Shown piece by piece: positions 40,584-50,356 of a stretch of 64,000 bases of DNA. Location: the NCBI GenBank assembly GCA_965242925.1, contig CBDEUM010000037.1:32001-96000 (forward strand), read 5' to 3'. Every line of letters starts with the position of its first letter. The stretch's first letter is position 1. The stretch comes from Roseibacillus sp. GTDB taxonomy: Bacteria > Verrucomicrobiota > Verrucomicrobiia > Verrucomicrobiales > Akkermansiaceae. The translations under genes and the position numbers were made by a program. Below the pieces are notes generated by a model that was given only the letters and a program-made list of their open reading frames with translations, was not told the DNA's origin and made no database searches.

Positions 40584-41282
40584 ATGAAGTACTTTTTCCT
40601 CGCCTTTATCGGACTGATTGTCCTTACGGTCGGAGTATTCGGCTTGCGTGGGGCCAAGACGACCAGAACCCCCATTGAAATTTTCCCCGACATGGACCGC
40701 ATGGATTTCGTGAAGGGACAGAAGGGCAGTGATTTCTTCCATGATGGCATGGGCTCCCGCCTCCCGGTGACGGGGACGGTGCCGCACTCGAGCGATGACG
40801 GAATTTTTCCGGTCGAGTTTGGAGCAGGCCGTAATGGGCACTACTATACCGGGGCTATCAATGATTACTTCGCCGCTGGCCTGCCCCTTGAAGAACTCGG
40901 TCTCATCGGGGACGACGGAGCCTCCGAAATGCAGGCTCTCCTCCGTCGTGGGCAGGGTCGGTTCTCGATTTTCTGTGCGATTTGCCATGGAGATGCCGGA
41001 GATGGCACTGGACTGATCAGCAACTACATGGCGGCCAAAATCGCTAACCTGCACGAACCACGTTTTGGCAGCGACCAGTATCCTGAGGGCAAACTTTATC
41101 ACGTGATCACCCACGGTCAGGGCCTCATGAGCGGTTATGGCGCCAACATCCCGGTGCGTGATCGTTGGGCCATCGTAGCCTACGTGCGCGCCCTGCAGGA
41201 CTCAAAGAAGGCCCCGGACGGTCCGGTGCCGGCCCCCGCCCCGGGGGAGAATGAAAACCCGCCAGGAGGCTCCGCTAACTGA
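40584..41282 (+). CDS. actE: Alternative complex III monoheme cytochrome c
   Basis: FPDMD, CAICHG, MSGY, DRWAIVAYVRALQ. Confidence 0.9.
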   Translation: MKYFFLAFIGLIVLTVGVFGLRGAKTTRTPIEIFPDMDRMDFVKGQKGSDFFHDGMGSRLPVTGTVPHSSDDGIFPVEFGAGRNGHYYTGAINDYFAAGLPLEELGLIGDDGASEMQALLRRGQGRFSIFCAICHGDAGDGTGLISNYMAAKIANLHEPRFGSDQYPEGKLYHVITHGQGLMSGYGANIPVRDRWAIVAYVRALQDSKKAPDGPVPAPAPGENENPPGGSAN

Positions 41283-41290
41283 TTTCCGGC

Positions 41291-42628
41291 ATGGCACATC
41301 ATCTAGTCACATCGGCAGATATCCCCGTCGACGGCGAAAAGCTGGCAGTCGACAAGGTGAGCCGCATCAGGCTGATCTGCCTGATGGTGGCGATTGCCGG
41401 GGCGTTGGTGAGCGTGCCGGCCCTTCTTGGTGTCTTCGGCCGTGGGGTGCAGGGATCCTACAGCTTCTCGTGGCTCTACGGCTTCTTCTTCTTCACCACT
41501 CTGGCTCTGGGTGGCTGCTTCTGGACCCTCCTCCACAATATCACCAACTCCGGGTGGGGTGTTTCGGTGCGCCGTGTGATGGAAAACGTGGGCTACGTCT
41601 TTCCCTGGATGTTGATCCCGGTTCTGCCGATTCTCCTATTGCCGCAGGTTCAGGAGTTTCTCTACGAGTGGATGGAGAAGCACCGGATGGCCAAGGACGT
41701 CGCCGGCTCAGTCAAGGAGGGCCTGCACCACGGCGAAACTGCCGACCACCTTCTCTCCAGCAAGTACTGGTATCTAAACCTCAACTTCTGGTACTTCCGT
41801 GTCATCGCCTATTTTGCCGTCCTCGGGTTCGTTATCCACTTCCTGCGCAAGCTCTCGATTGACCAGGATAATGATCCCGAACCGGGAACGAGCCGTCTCC
41901 TGCGGGCGCGCTTTCATTCCTGTTGGGGCGTGCCTGTATTTGCCGTGGTGCTGACTTTCCTGGCCATTGATCTTGTCAAGGGGCTCGACTACAAGTGGTT
42001 TTCCACCATGTGGGGTGTCTACGTCTTTGCTGGCAGCGCCCTCAATGCGATGGCGGTGATCATCCTGGTCACTATCGCGCTGCGCGGGATGGGCTATTTC
42101 AGGAACGTGGTTGGTCCTGAGCATGACCACCTGATGGGGAAACTGGCTTTTGCCTTCACGGTTTTCTGGGCCTACATCTCCTTTGACCAGTATTTCCTCT
42201 ACTGGTACGCCAACATTACCGAGGAGACCCGTTACTTCGTCCTGCGCAATACCGGGGGCTGGAACTATGTCAGTATCATCCTGGTGTTTGGACACTTTGC
42301 GGCACCCTTCCTTCTCCTCATCCGTCAGGATCTCAAGCGCAGGAACGGTTACATGATTGTGGTGGCGGGCTACCTGCTCTTCATGCACATGATCGATGTT
42401 TATCACATGATCATTCCTGAGCGTGGTCCTTCCGTGACCAAGATCCTTAATCCGGAGAATCCCGAGAAGTGGCAGCTCTGGCTCAATGGCTCCTTTATGG
42501 GGGACGTCATCGCCTTTGTCACAATCGGGTGCTTTTTCCTCTTCGTTCTCCTGCGTAATATCGGATCGGCCGCGCTTTACCCACACCGGGATCCGCGCAT
42601 TCTTGAGTCAGCCAATGTGCACAACTGA
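41291..42628 (+). CDS. actF: Alternative complex III subunit F
   Basis: About ten TM helices, SGWGVSVRR, WFSTMWG, FWAYISFDQYFLYWYANITEET. Confidence 0.9.
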   Translation: MAHHLVTSADIPVDGEKLAVDKVSRIRLICLMVAIAGALVSVPALLGVFGRGVQGSYSFSWLYGFFFFTTLALGGCFWTLLHNITNSGWGVSVRRVMENVGYVFPWMLIPVLPILLLPQVQEFLYEWMEKHRMAKDVAGSVKEGLHHGETADHLLSSKYWYLNLNFWYFRVIAYFAVLGFVIHFLRKLSIDQDNDPEPGTSRLLRARFHSCWGVPVFAVVLTFLAIDLVKGLDYKWFSTMWGVYVFAGSALNAMAVIILVTIALRGMGYFRNVVGPEHDHLMGKLAFAFTVFWAYISFDQYFLYWYANITEETRYFVLRNTGGWNYVSIILVFGHFAAPFLLLIRQDLKRRNGYMIVVAGYLLFMHMIDVYHMIIPERGPSVTKILNPENPEKWQLWLNGSFMGDVIAFVTIGCFFLFVLLRNIGSAALYPHRDPRILESANVHN

Positions 42629-43419
42629 TGGATCCGGCGAACGACAATCCTCTAAAGCGGTTTTCCAACTTCTGGTTGGGTCTGGTTCTTTTTGCGGCCT
42701 TTGGTCTGGCCAGTCTTGTCCTCGGAATTGGATTCAAGAGACCAATTGAAAACAGTTTCGACAAGATCAACGAGGAACGCCGGGTCAAGATCAAGCGGGA
42801 GGCTGACAAGGCCCATGCCGGCACATTGGAAGCAGCGCAGGGAGGCTTCTCCAAGGTTGGTGCCCGGTTTCTTGAGACAGCGCCAGCGGCGGTGGAAAAA
42901 CCCGAGTTTGTTTTGCCCGGTTCGGCTACTCAGAAAGCGAAGGCTGCAGGGGGTTTAGGGGTGGTTGTTCCGAAGGGTTTTCCAGTAGTGGCGGCCGATG
43001 CCGCGGTAGAGCAGGCCGTGATGGAAAAAGGGAAGTTGATCTATGTCGTGTGCTCAGCCTGCCACGGACCCGAGGGGGAGGGGATGTATCATATCAACAA
43101 GACCGGGCCTCCGTTGGCAGGATCCGAGTGGGTGACGGGTCCGGTAGCAAACCTCATAGCAATTCAGTTTCGTGGCATGAACGGGACAATCGAGGTAAAG
43201 GGTGAAAAGTATACCCCGGTGGCCCCGATGGCTCCGCTGCCCCTGGATAACGAGTCGATCGCCTCCGTGTTGACCTATGTCCGGAACAGCTTCGGGAACA
43301 AGGCCTCTCCGGTAACGCCTGAGCAGGTTGAAGCGATGCGGGGGGAATTGGGAAAACCAATGCTGAGTCCGGCGGACCTCATTCCCCCGGATGCAGGACC
43401 GGGGCCAAAGCCCAACTAA
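42628..43419 (+). CDS. Membrane-anchored monoheme cytochrome c
   Basis: N-terminal TM helix; CSACHG, PPLAGSEWV, PMAP, VLTYVRNSFGN. Confidence 0.88.
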   Translation: MDPANDNPLKRFSNFWLGLVLFAAFGLASLVLGIGFKRPIENSFDKINEERRVKIKREADKAHAGTLEAAQGGFSKVGARFLETAPAAVEKPEFVLPGSATQKAKAAGGLGVVVPKGFPVVAADAAVEQAVMEKGKLIYVVCSACHGPEGEGMYHINKTGPPLAGSEWVTGPVANLIAIQFRGMNGTIEVKGEKYTPVAPMAPLPLDNESIASVLTYVRNSFGNKASPVTPEQVEAMRGELGKPMLSPADLIPPDAGPGPKPN

Positions 43420-43437
43420 CTTAACGGATGTTTTTTC

Positions 43438-44934
43438 ATGGCCTCTGATAGTAATAGCGAGACGACGAATCCTGAGGATCTGGAGTTGTGTGCGCGGATT
43501 GACCGCTCGCTGCGGCAGCCCGTCATGTTCTTCTTTGCCAGTGGGGCGGTATGGTTGGCGGTGGCGCTCATCCTTGGCTTCATTTCCTCCTACCAGTCAC
43601 ATGACACCGGGTTCCTTGCGGAATCCGGAATTTTCAATTACGGAAGGGTTTATCCAGCCCACGTGAATGTTCTCGTTTATGGGTGGGGATGCCAGGCGGC
43701 CTTCGGGCTCATCGTCTGGCTCATGGCACGGCTTTCGCGTAAGGAGTGCAGTTCGGTTGGAATAATCCTGACGGCGGGACACGTTTGGAATTTCGGGGTC
43801 CTGGTCGGGATGCTGGGTATTTTGGGAGGTTACGGATCCGGTAAACCCTGGATGGAATTCCCCGTCGCGATCTGGCCGCTCCTTCTGGTGAGCTACTTCT
43901 TTATAACAGTGTGGTCCTTTATCCAGTTCCGTTGCAGTGAAGGAGGTAAGACCTATGTGGCTCAGTGGTATCTGGTGGCCAGTCTCTTCTGGTTTCCGTG
44001 GGTCTATCTGACCGCGCATCTTTTTGTCTTTGCTTTCAACGGTCATCCGGTGATGGCAGCCGGGGTCAATGCCTGGTTTAAATATGCCCTCATCTTTCTC
44101 TTCTTCACTCCGGTCGCACTGGGCACGGCGTATTACCTTGCGCCCAAGATCACGGGCCGCCCGATATATAGCTATTCCCTGGCTCTCTTCGGTTTCTGGG
44201 CCCTGGCGGTAATCGGCCCCTGGGCCGGCATGCAGAAGTTGGCAGGCGGACCGCTTCCACAGTTTATGCCATACGTCGGAGCTGCGGCTACGGTCCTCAT
44301 TCTCATCCCGGCCCTTGCGGTAGGGGTTAACATCCTGATGACCGTGCGTGGGCATGAATCGGAGGTGGCGGCCAGTCCTTCCCTGCGCTTTACCATCGCC
44401 GGGATCGTGGCCTTTGTTGTGCTCGGCCTGATGGGGATGGGACTGAACACGCCCGGGGTGCTCAAGATGACGCAGTTTACTCTTACCGGCTACGGGTTTG
44501 AGATCCTGGCAGTTTACGGGTTCTTCAGCATGTGTGCCTTCGGGGGCATTTATTTTATCGTGCCGCGGATCACCCGTCGCGAGTGGCTCTCGCGACGTTT
44601 TATTGCCTGGCACTTCTGGCTCACCACCTACGGTATTGGCACGGTGGTAGTCTGCTCGATCATGGGGGGATTCTTCCAGGGGGCCGCTCAAGAGGCCTAT
44701 AACCACGCCTGGCACGAGGTTGCCACCCTGAACTATGCCTATACCGTGGGGACCACCGTGGCGTGGAGCTTGATTATTCTCGGCAGTCTTTTCTTCCTTC
44801 TGCATCTCCTTCTGATGTGGGCCCGACTCGGTCGGCGTAGCCAGCATCCCACCCTCCTCAAGGGCAGTCATCACGGGGGATCTCCCCACGGTCCAGACGG
44901 CGATCTCGACGAACTCCAAACCTCGGAAGCCTGA
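43438..44934 (+). CDS. cbb3-type oxidase subunit I (CcoN)-like membrane protein lacking the active-site histidines
   Basis: CcoN landmarks YGRVYPAH, YVAQWY, PKITGRPIYSYSL, WAG, HFWL are present; WYGH, GPHH and GHVH read WFKY, GMQK and GFEI. Confidence 0.85.
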   Translation: MASDSNSETTNPEDLELCARIDRSLRQPVMFFFASGAVWLAVALILGFISSYQSHDTGFLAESGIFNYGRVYPAHVNVLVYGWGCQAAFGLIVWLMARLSRKECSSVGIILTAGHVWNFGVLVGMLGILGGYGSGKPWMEFPVAIWPLLLVSYFFITVWSFIQFRCSEGGKTYVAQWYLVASLFWFPWVYLTAHLFVFAFNGHPVMAAGVNAWFKYALIFLFFTPVALGTAYYLAPKITGRPIYSYSLALFGFWALAVIGPWAGMQKLAGGPLPQFMPYVGAAATVLILIPALAVGVNILMTVRGHESEVAASPSLRFTIAGIVAFVVLGLMGMGLNTPGVLKMTQFTLTGYGFEILAVYGFFSMCAFGGIYFIVPRITRREWLSRRFIAWHFWLTTYGIGTVVVCSIMGGFFQGAAQEAYNHAWHEVATLNYAYTVGTTVAWSLIILGSLFFLLHLLLMWARLGRRSQHPTLLKGSHHGGSPHGPDGDLDELQTSEA

Positions 44935-44939
44935 TCCTG

Positions 44940-45671
44940 ATGACCTTCAAAGCATTCATATCGGCGTTGGCAGCAAGCTTCGGTGTCCCGTGGTTGCTCA
45001 TCATCGTGGTGCCCTTCGGCAAGATGCGGAACCTTGACGCCGTCCATTTCGAAATGGCGGTTGATGGCAAGGACGAGGTCTACGTCCCGCGTCGGTCGGG
45101 ACGGATTACCACTGGCTCTGCCCTCTACGGGGCCAACGGGTGCTACGTATGCCATAGCCAGCTTATCCGGGCGGGCTATGCGGGCTCGGAATTGGGGCGT
45201 CCTGACTGGGCCGGATTCCGGGTCAAGGATGAGAACGGAGTGAGTATTAACACAGCCCGCGAAACCACGCCTTATGACTATGTGGGAGAACCTTTTGCCC
45301 ACATTGGCATCATGCGGATTGGCCCTGATCTGACCAATGTGGCCGGTCGGATTCAGGGCTACCTGGAAGATCCGCTTACCAAGGCGGAATCACCTGAGAA
45401 CTGGCTTTATCTTCATCTATATAACTCCACCCTCAAGACGAGGACTCTTAATAACACGTCGGGATGCCCTCGTCAGACCCACCTTTTTGACGAGCGGGTG
45501 ACATACGGAGAGGGGAGCCCCGAGGCAGTGCCTGGGGTTACCAGGAATGGAGTGGAAGTATTGCCGACCTCGGAGGCCAAGGCTCTCGTAAGTTATCTGC
45601 TTTCTCTCAAAAAAGATGACCCGGTACCCTATTCGATTAATTACAGCCGGGAGAGGAAGAAGGCCGAGTAA
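44940..45671 (+). CDS. cbb3-type oxidase subunit II (CcoO)-like monoheme cytochrome
   Basis: TM anchor, GCYVCHSQLIR, RIGPDLTNV, WLYLHLYN, EAKALVSYLLSL. Confidence 0.85.
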   Translation: MTFKAFISALAASFGVPWLLIIVVPFGKMRNLDAVHFEMAVDGKDEVYVPRRSGRITTGSALYGANGCYVCHSQLIRAGYAGSELGRPDWAGFRVKDENGVSINTARETTPYDYVGEPFAHIGIMRIGPDLTNVAGRIQGYLEDPLTKAESPENWLYLHLYNSTLKTRTLNNTSGCPRQTHLFDERVTYGEGSPEAVPGVTRNGVEVLPTSEAKALVSYLLSLKKDDPVPYSINYSRERKKAE

Positions 45672-45691
45672 CGGACCCAACTAATGCAGTA

Positions 45692-46459
45692 ATGGCTCAT
45701 TCCAAGCAACCAGCTGATTCCAAGCGACCAGACCTTGAGGAAACCACCAACGTGGTGGAGGCCCATGCGGCCCTCCTGAAAACGGGCACGGCCCAGGCTC
45801 GCGAAAAACAAATTGCCGAAACCGGCATGGAACCGGTCTCGCTCTGGGTGTTTCTTGCCAGCGCAGTCGTCCTGCTGGTGGGCGGGGGAGTGCTTGGAGC
45901 AGGGGGAAAACTTTTCGATTACAACCCCCATCCCCAGAACTATACCCGTCCGGAATTTATCAGCGATGCAGACACTGGTCCGACGATTGGTCCCATCCTG
46001 GAAGCACTCACAAAGCGCGGAAAGAACATCTATGCCAAGTGCAGTGGTTGCCACGGGTCGACAGGGAGCGGTGATGGCAATCAGTTCCCGCCCCTTGCAG
46101 GGTCCGACTGGGTGACTGGTAATACCGAGCGTCTTTCGCAGATTATCCTCAACGGACTGAGCGGACCCATTGATGTGGACGGTAAGACCTACAACGGCAA
46201 TATGCCGGCACAGTCTCCGTTGACGGCCGCGGAACTTGCCGCCGTCATGACCTTCGTTCGTAACGAGTTCAACGACGTAGGCGACCTTGTCTCCATCGAG
46301 CAGGCGGCCAATGCGATCAAGATTTACGAGGCCCGGCCCCGGGGGCAAATCACTGTCAAGGAATTGAATTCCAACCACGACAAGATGCTTGAGGGCGAAT
46401 CGATCGATCCTGCCACTACCGTGGACTTTGAAACGCTCAAACCTGCAGCGGCTGAATAA
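45692..46459 (+). CDS. Membrane-anchored monoheme cytochrome c
   Basis: TM helix; CSGCHG, FPPLAGSDWV, YNGNMPAQ. Confidence 0.88.
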   Translation: MAHSKQPADSKRPDLEETTNVVEAHAALLKTGTAQAREKQIAETGMEPVSLWVFLASAVVLLVGGGVLGAGGKLFDYNPHPQNYTRPEFISDADTGPTIGPILEALTKRGKNIYAKCSGCHGSTGSGDGNQFPPLAGSDWVTGNTERLSQIILNGLSGPIDVDGKTYNGNMPAQSPLTAAELAAVMTFVRNEFNDVGDLVSIEQAANAIKIYEARPRGQITVKELNSNHDKMLEGESIDPATTVDFETLKPAAAE

Positions 46460-46477
46460 CGAACCCTAACTTCAAGG

Positions 46478-48355
46478 ATGATGAGCGCAGAAGCGGCAAC
46501 AGATCACGGGCACGATCACCATCACGATCTCCCGTTCTACAAAAAATATATTTGGTCCACTGATCATAAGGTGATTGGGATCCAGTATGGGATAACGGCC
46601 CTGTTGTTCCTTGCCTTCGGCTTCTTTCTCATGATGGTGATGCGCTGGAGCATTGCCTATCCCGAAGAACCCCTCCCGGGCTATCTCAGCTGGGTATTCA
46701 GCGATGAGTGGAAGGCTCGCTGGTTGCAGGACGGGCGGGTCACCGGCGATACCTATAACATGTTCGGTGCCATGCATGGCACCATCATGGTGTTCCTCGG
46801 TATCGTGCCCCTGGGCTTCGCGGCGTTCGGAAATTTTGTCACGCCGCTTCAGATCGGAACGGTGGACATGGCCTTCCCACGCCTCAACATGGTCAGTTAC
46901 TGGTGCTATCTCGCCGGGGGCTTGATCATGTGCGCGAGTTTCTTCATGGAGTCCGGGGCCGCTAAGTCAGGATGGACCAACTACTCACCTCTGGCCAACT
47001 TCGCCGACGGACAGATTGTGAACCAGTTTCTGGCCGGACAGACCCAGTGGCTCCTGGGGATGGTTTTTCTCATCAGCTCATCATTGTTAGGGGCGGTCAA
47101 CTTCCTTACAACCATCATCAACCTGCGAACCAAGGGGATGACCTGGATGCGGATGCCATTCTTCTGCTGGGCCATGCTGGTGACCGGTTTCCTTCTCCTT
47201 CTGGCTTTCCCGCCACTGGAGGTAGCTGCCCTGATGCAGTTAATGGATCGTACGGTAGGATCCAGCTTTTACATGCCCAGCGGTCTCTACACCTCCACCG
47301 CCGGAGTGATCGAGGCTTCCGGAGGAGGCAGCCCGCTCCTGTATCAGCACCTCTTCTGGTTCCTGGGACATCCGGAGGTTTACGTCCTGCTCCTGCCCGC
47401 TATCGCCTGTGTGGCCGAGATCATTCCGGTCAACACACGAAGGCCGCTGTGGGGCTACAGGCCCATGGTCTGGTCGATCGTGATCCTTGGCTTTCTGAGT
47501 TTCGTCGTCTGGGCCCACCATATGTATCTCACCGGTATGGGACCGGTGATTTCCACCTGGTTCCAGACCACCACCGTGATCATCTCGGTGCCATCAGTCA
47601 TCCTCCTGACCTCTATGATCGTATCCCTGTGGGGTGGTTCCATCCGTTTCAACGTTCCCATGCTCTGGGCGATATCCTTCCTGCCCATGTTCGGGATTGG
47701 CGGCCTGACCGGACTGCCGCTGGCCTTCAATCTAGTGGATCTCCACCTGCACGATACCTACTACGTGATCGGCCACTTCCACTACGTCGTGGCGCCCGGG
47801 GTTCTCTTCGGACTCTTCGCCGGCATCTATCACTGGTATCCCAAGATCACGGGGCGACATATGAACACTTTCCTGGGGCATCTTCATTTCTGGCCCTCCC
47901 TCGTGTTCATGAATGTTCTCTTCTTCCCCATGCTTATCCAGGGGATGGCCGGATTCCACCGCCGTTGGTATAACGGAGGAGACGCCTACCTGTCCAAGGC
48001 CGCCGACAGCGAAAATATCTTCGGCAATACCGTGGCGGAGTGGATCCATCTCAACCCTCTCATGACTTTTGGAGCCCTCATGCTGGCCCTGGCCCAGATC
48101 CCCTTCATCATCAACTTCTGGACCAGCCTCTTCATGGGCGAGAAGATTAAGAACGATAATCCCTACGACGCAACGACCCTGGAGTGGGCCACGCCCACGC
48201 CGCCGCCTCACGGCAACTTTACCTTCGACGTGGGAGCCTATCGCGGGCCTTACGAATACAGCCGTGAGGACCATGAGGGTGACTTCTATCCCCAGTGGGA
48301 GGAACCGAGGAGGGACAAGCCCGCCAAGGAACCCGAACCGGAGCCTACTCAGTAA
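46478..48355 (+). CDS. coxA: A1-type heme-copper oxidase subunit I
   Basis: STDHKVIG, MHGTIM, DMAFPRLN, FWFLGHPEVY, WAHHM, HDTYYVIGHFH; all six His ligands present. Confidence 0.95.
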   Translation: MMSAEAATDHGHDHHHDLPFYKKYIWSTDHKVIGIQYGITALLFLAFGFFLMMVMRWSIAYPEEPLPGYLSWVFSDEWKARWLQDGRVTGDTYNMFGAMHGTIMVFLGIVPLGFAAFGNFVTPLQIGTVDMAFPRLNMVSYWCYLAGGLIMCASFFMESGAAKSGWTNYSPLANFADGQIVNQFLAGQTQWLLGMVFLISSSLLGAVNFLTTIINLRTKGMTWMRMPFFCWAMLVTGFLLLLAFPPLEVAALMQLMDRTVGSSFYMPSGLYTSTAGVIEASGGGSPLLYQHLFWFLGHPEVYVLLLPAIACVAEIIPVNTRRPLWGYRPMVWSIVILGFLSFVVWAHHMYLTGMGPVISTWFQTTTVIISVPSVILLTSMIVSLWGGSIRFNVPMLWAISFLPMFGIGGLTGLPLAFNLVDLHLHDTYYVIGHFHYVVAPGVLFGLFAGIYHWYPKITGRHMNTFLGHLHFWPSLVFMNVLFFPMLIQGMAGFHRRWYNGGDAYLSKAADSENIFGNTVAEWIHLNPLMTFGALMLALAQIPFIINFWTSLFMGEKIKNDNPYDATTLEWATPTPPPHGNFTFDVGAYRGPYEYSREDHEGDFYPQWEEPRRDKPAKEPEPEPTQ

Positions 48356-48376
48356 CACTCCTCTAATCCCTGAATT

Positions 48377-50341
48377 ATGGAGATTCCCCATACTGTTACC
48401 GCCCGGAAGGATACCGGCCTTTTTAACGCGAAGGTCGGCATCTGGCTCTTTCTTGCTTCCGAAGTGATGCTGTTCGGTGGGCTGTTCTCGGCTTACGTTT
48501 TCCTGAGGATCTACGCCGACTACCCGTGGCCGGAGCGCGCCCTGCCCATTGTTCCGGGGCTCATAAACACCTTCGTGCTTATCGGTTCGTCCGTCACGGT
48601 GGTCTTTGCCTGGGCATCGCTCAAGATGCGACAGTGGCGGCGCTTCCAGATTTTCATGGCGATCACCATTGGCTGTGCGGCCGTGTTCATGGTTCTCAAA
48701 ACCATTGAGTATAAGGCCAAATGGGGGCACCAGGCCGTGCGCATGGATGACTTCACAATCATCGAAGGGCACGCCCACTACGCCACCATTCTGAGTGACG
48801 GAAAAGTCGAACACTTCCACACAAAGAAGGAAGCAAAGAAGGCGGGAGAAAAGGATGCGGAGGTCGCAAACAAGGCCGCTGCCGCGGCGAAAGGAAAGGA
48901 CGAGGAATCTGGTGGGTCGGGGAAGGCGAATCTCTGGAAGGCCGGGAAGCCCTTCAAGGCCAATGCGCTTCTTTTCAAGCCGGAGACCATCGATTTCTCG
49001 ATGGTGCGGGCACACGAGTCATGGGTCAACGCCATGCTTGAGCAGACCGGGAAGAGAAATTCCAGACTGATCACTGCCGAGGACATCTTCCTCTACGGGC
49101 ACATCGAGGATTACTCGGGAACAAAGAGTGACCCGAGGTCGAGCAAGGAACGCGCCCAGAAGGAGGCCGAGATCGTAAAGGACTACGCCACGGCGGAGGA
49201 AAAGAGGGATCACAAGTTCGGAGAGAACTCCCTCTTCATCCCGGCGGGCACTCCCCTGAGCTATGCTCTTCTTGAGAAATCCCGCCAGGTCTTCGTCGCA
49301 GGCCGTGCCCACAACGCGGAAACCCGGACGGCCATCCTTCGGGAAAAGTGGAAGAGCGTCAGAAGGGATCTGCCGGACGAAAAATACTGGGATCAGGCTC
49401 CCGAGGCCAGGATTGACTCAGCCACCGACCTTGCCGAGCAAGTCGATGAGGAGGGCAATTGCACTGCCGGGAGCAAGGTGGTGTCGCTGGTATCCACCCT
49501 CTCCTTCAGGATGGATCCTCCCCAGCCGATCATCATCAAACGGAGCTGGATCAAGCGCCCCGTCAAGGGACAGGATGGGAGGGCTGAACTCAGGGACGAC
49601 ACATCCCTCAACGCGGGAGACGGAGAGGGTGGGTCCACCGGACTCCTTGAGAGCCCCCTTGCTCTCTCCGTGGATGCCATCGATTTCCGCTGGATGGCCC
49701 AGAAGGCCGAGGAAGCCGGGAATGTTCCGATGGAAGTGATTGAGCAGAGCTGGATCTTCTCGAAGGCCAACAAGAACGGATCGACCTACAAGAAAATCTG
49801 GAAGGTTCACAAGAAGCGCATCGCTGAGCTTGAGCAGCGCCTGATCGACAAATACGGCAAGGACGAGGAAGGGAAACCCAGACGCGTGGCCACCGAGACC
49901 GATCGCTACCGGGTGACCTGGCAGGACTTTATGCACTATGCCCGGGCCGAGCACGACAGGCTCATGCCGGGGGACTCTGGGTTTGACGACCTCCGACCCA
50001 AGTTCTGGAACGGGTTTGCAGGACCGAACCACAAGAACGAGGAAATCCACAAGCTTCACGCCTTCCCCGAATTGGAGATTCCCCATCATAAAGTCTCCCT
50101 GCAGTCGATGTTCACTCCCAAGTGGAATACCTACTACGCGATCTATTTTACCCTGACCGGCCTGCACGGTCTGCACGTGGTGGGTGGAGCCCTTGTCCTG
50201 GGATACTACCTCTTCTTCAGCAAGGGACTCTACCGCAGCGACCCGGAGTGGCTTGCCAACCGGGTGGAGATAGGTGGTCTCTTCTGGCACTTTGTCGATC
50301 TCGTCTGGATCTTCCTCTTCCCGATCCTCTACCTCATGTAA
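48377..50341 (+). CDS. coxC: Heme-copper oxidase subunit III with a large soluble insertion
   Basis: WLFLASEVMLF, NTFVLIGSS, then after ~460 aa YFTLTGLHGLHV and FWHFVDLVWIFLFP. Confidence 0.9.
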   Translation: MEIPHTVTARKDTGLFNAKVGIWLFLASEVMLFGGLFSAYVFLRIYADYPWPERALPIVPGLINTFVLIGSSVTVVFAWASLKMRQWRRFQIFMAITIGCAAVFMVLKTIEYKAKWGHQAVRMDDFTIIEGHAHYATILSDGKVEHFHTKKEAKKAGEKDAEVANKAAAAAKGKDEESGGSGKANLWKAGKPFKANALLFKPETIDFSMVRAHESWVNAMLEQTGKRNSRLITAEDIFLYGHIEDYSGTKSDPRSSKERAQKEAEIVKDYATAEEKRDHKFGENSLFIPAGTPLSYALLEKSRQVFVAGRAHNAETRTAILREKWKSVRRDLPDEKYWDQAPEARIDSATDLAEQVDEEGNCTAGSKVVSLVSTLSFRMDPPQPIIIKRSWIKRPVKGQDGRAELRDDTSLNAGDGEGGSTGLLESPLALSVDAIDFRWMAQKAEEAGNVPMEVIEQSWIFSKANKNGSTYKKIWKVHKKRIAELEQRLIDKYGKDEEGKPRRVATETDRYRVTWQDFMHYARAEHDRLMPGDSGFDDLRPKFWNGFAGPNHKNEEIHKLHAFPELEIPHHKVSLQSMFTPKWNTYYAIYFTLTGLHGLHVVGGALVLGYYLFFSKGLYRSDPEWLANRVEIGGLFWHFVDLVWIFLFPILYLM

Positions 50342-50356
50342 TCATTCTCACCGGCC

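Noticed and set aside
43438..45671. Functional cbb3 oxidase or nitric oxide reductase
   Set aside because: CuB/FeB and high-spin heme ligands are absent
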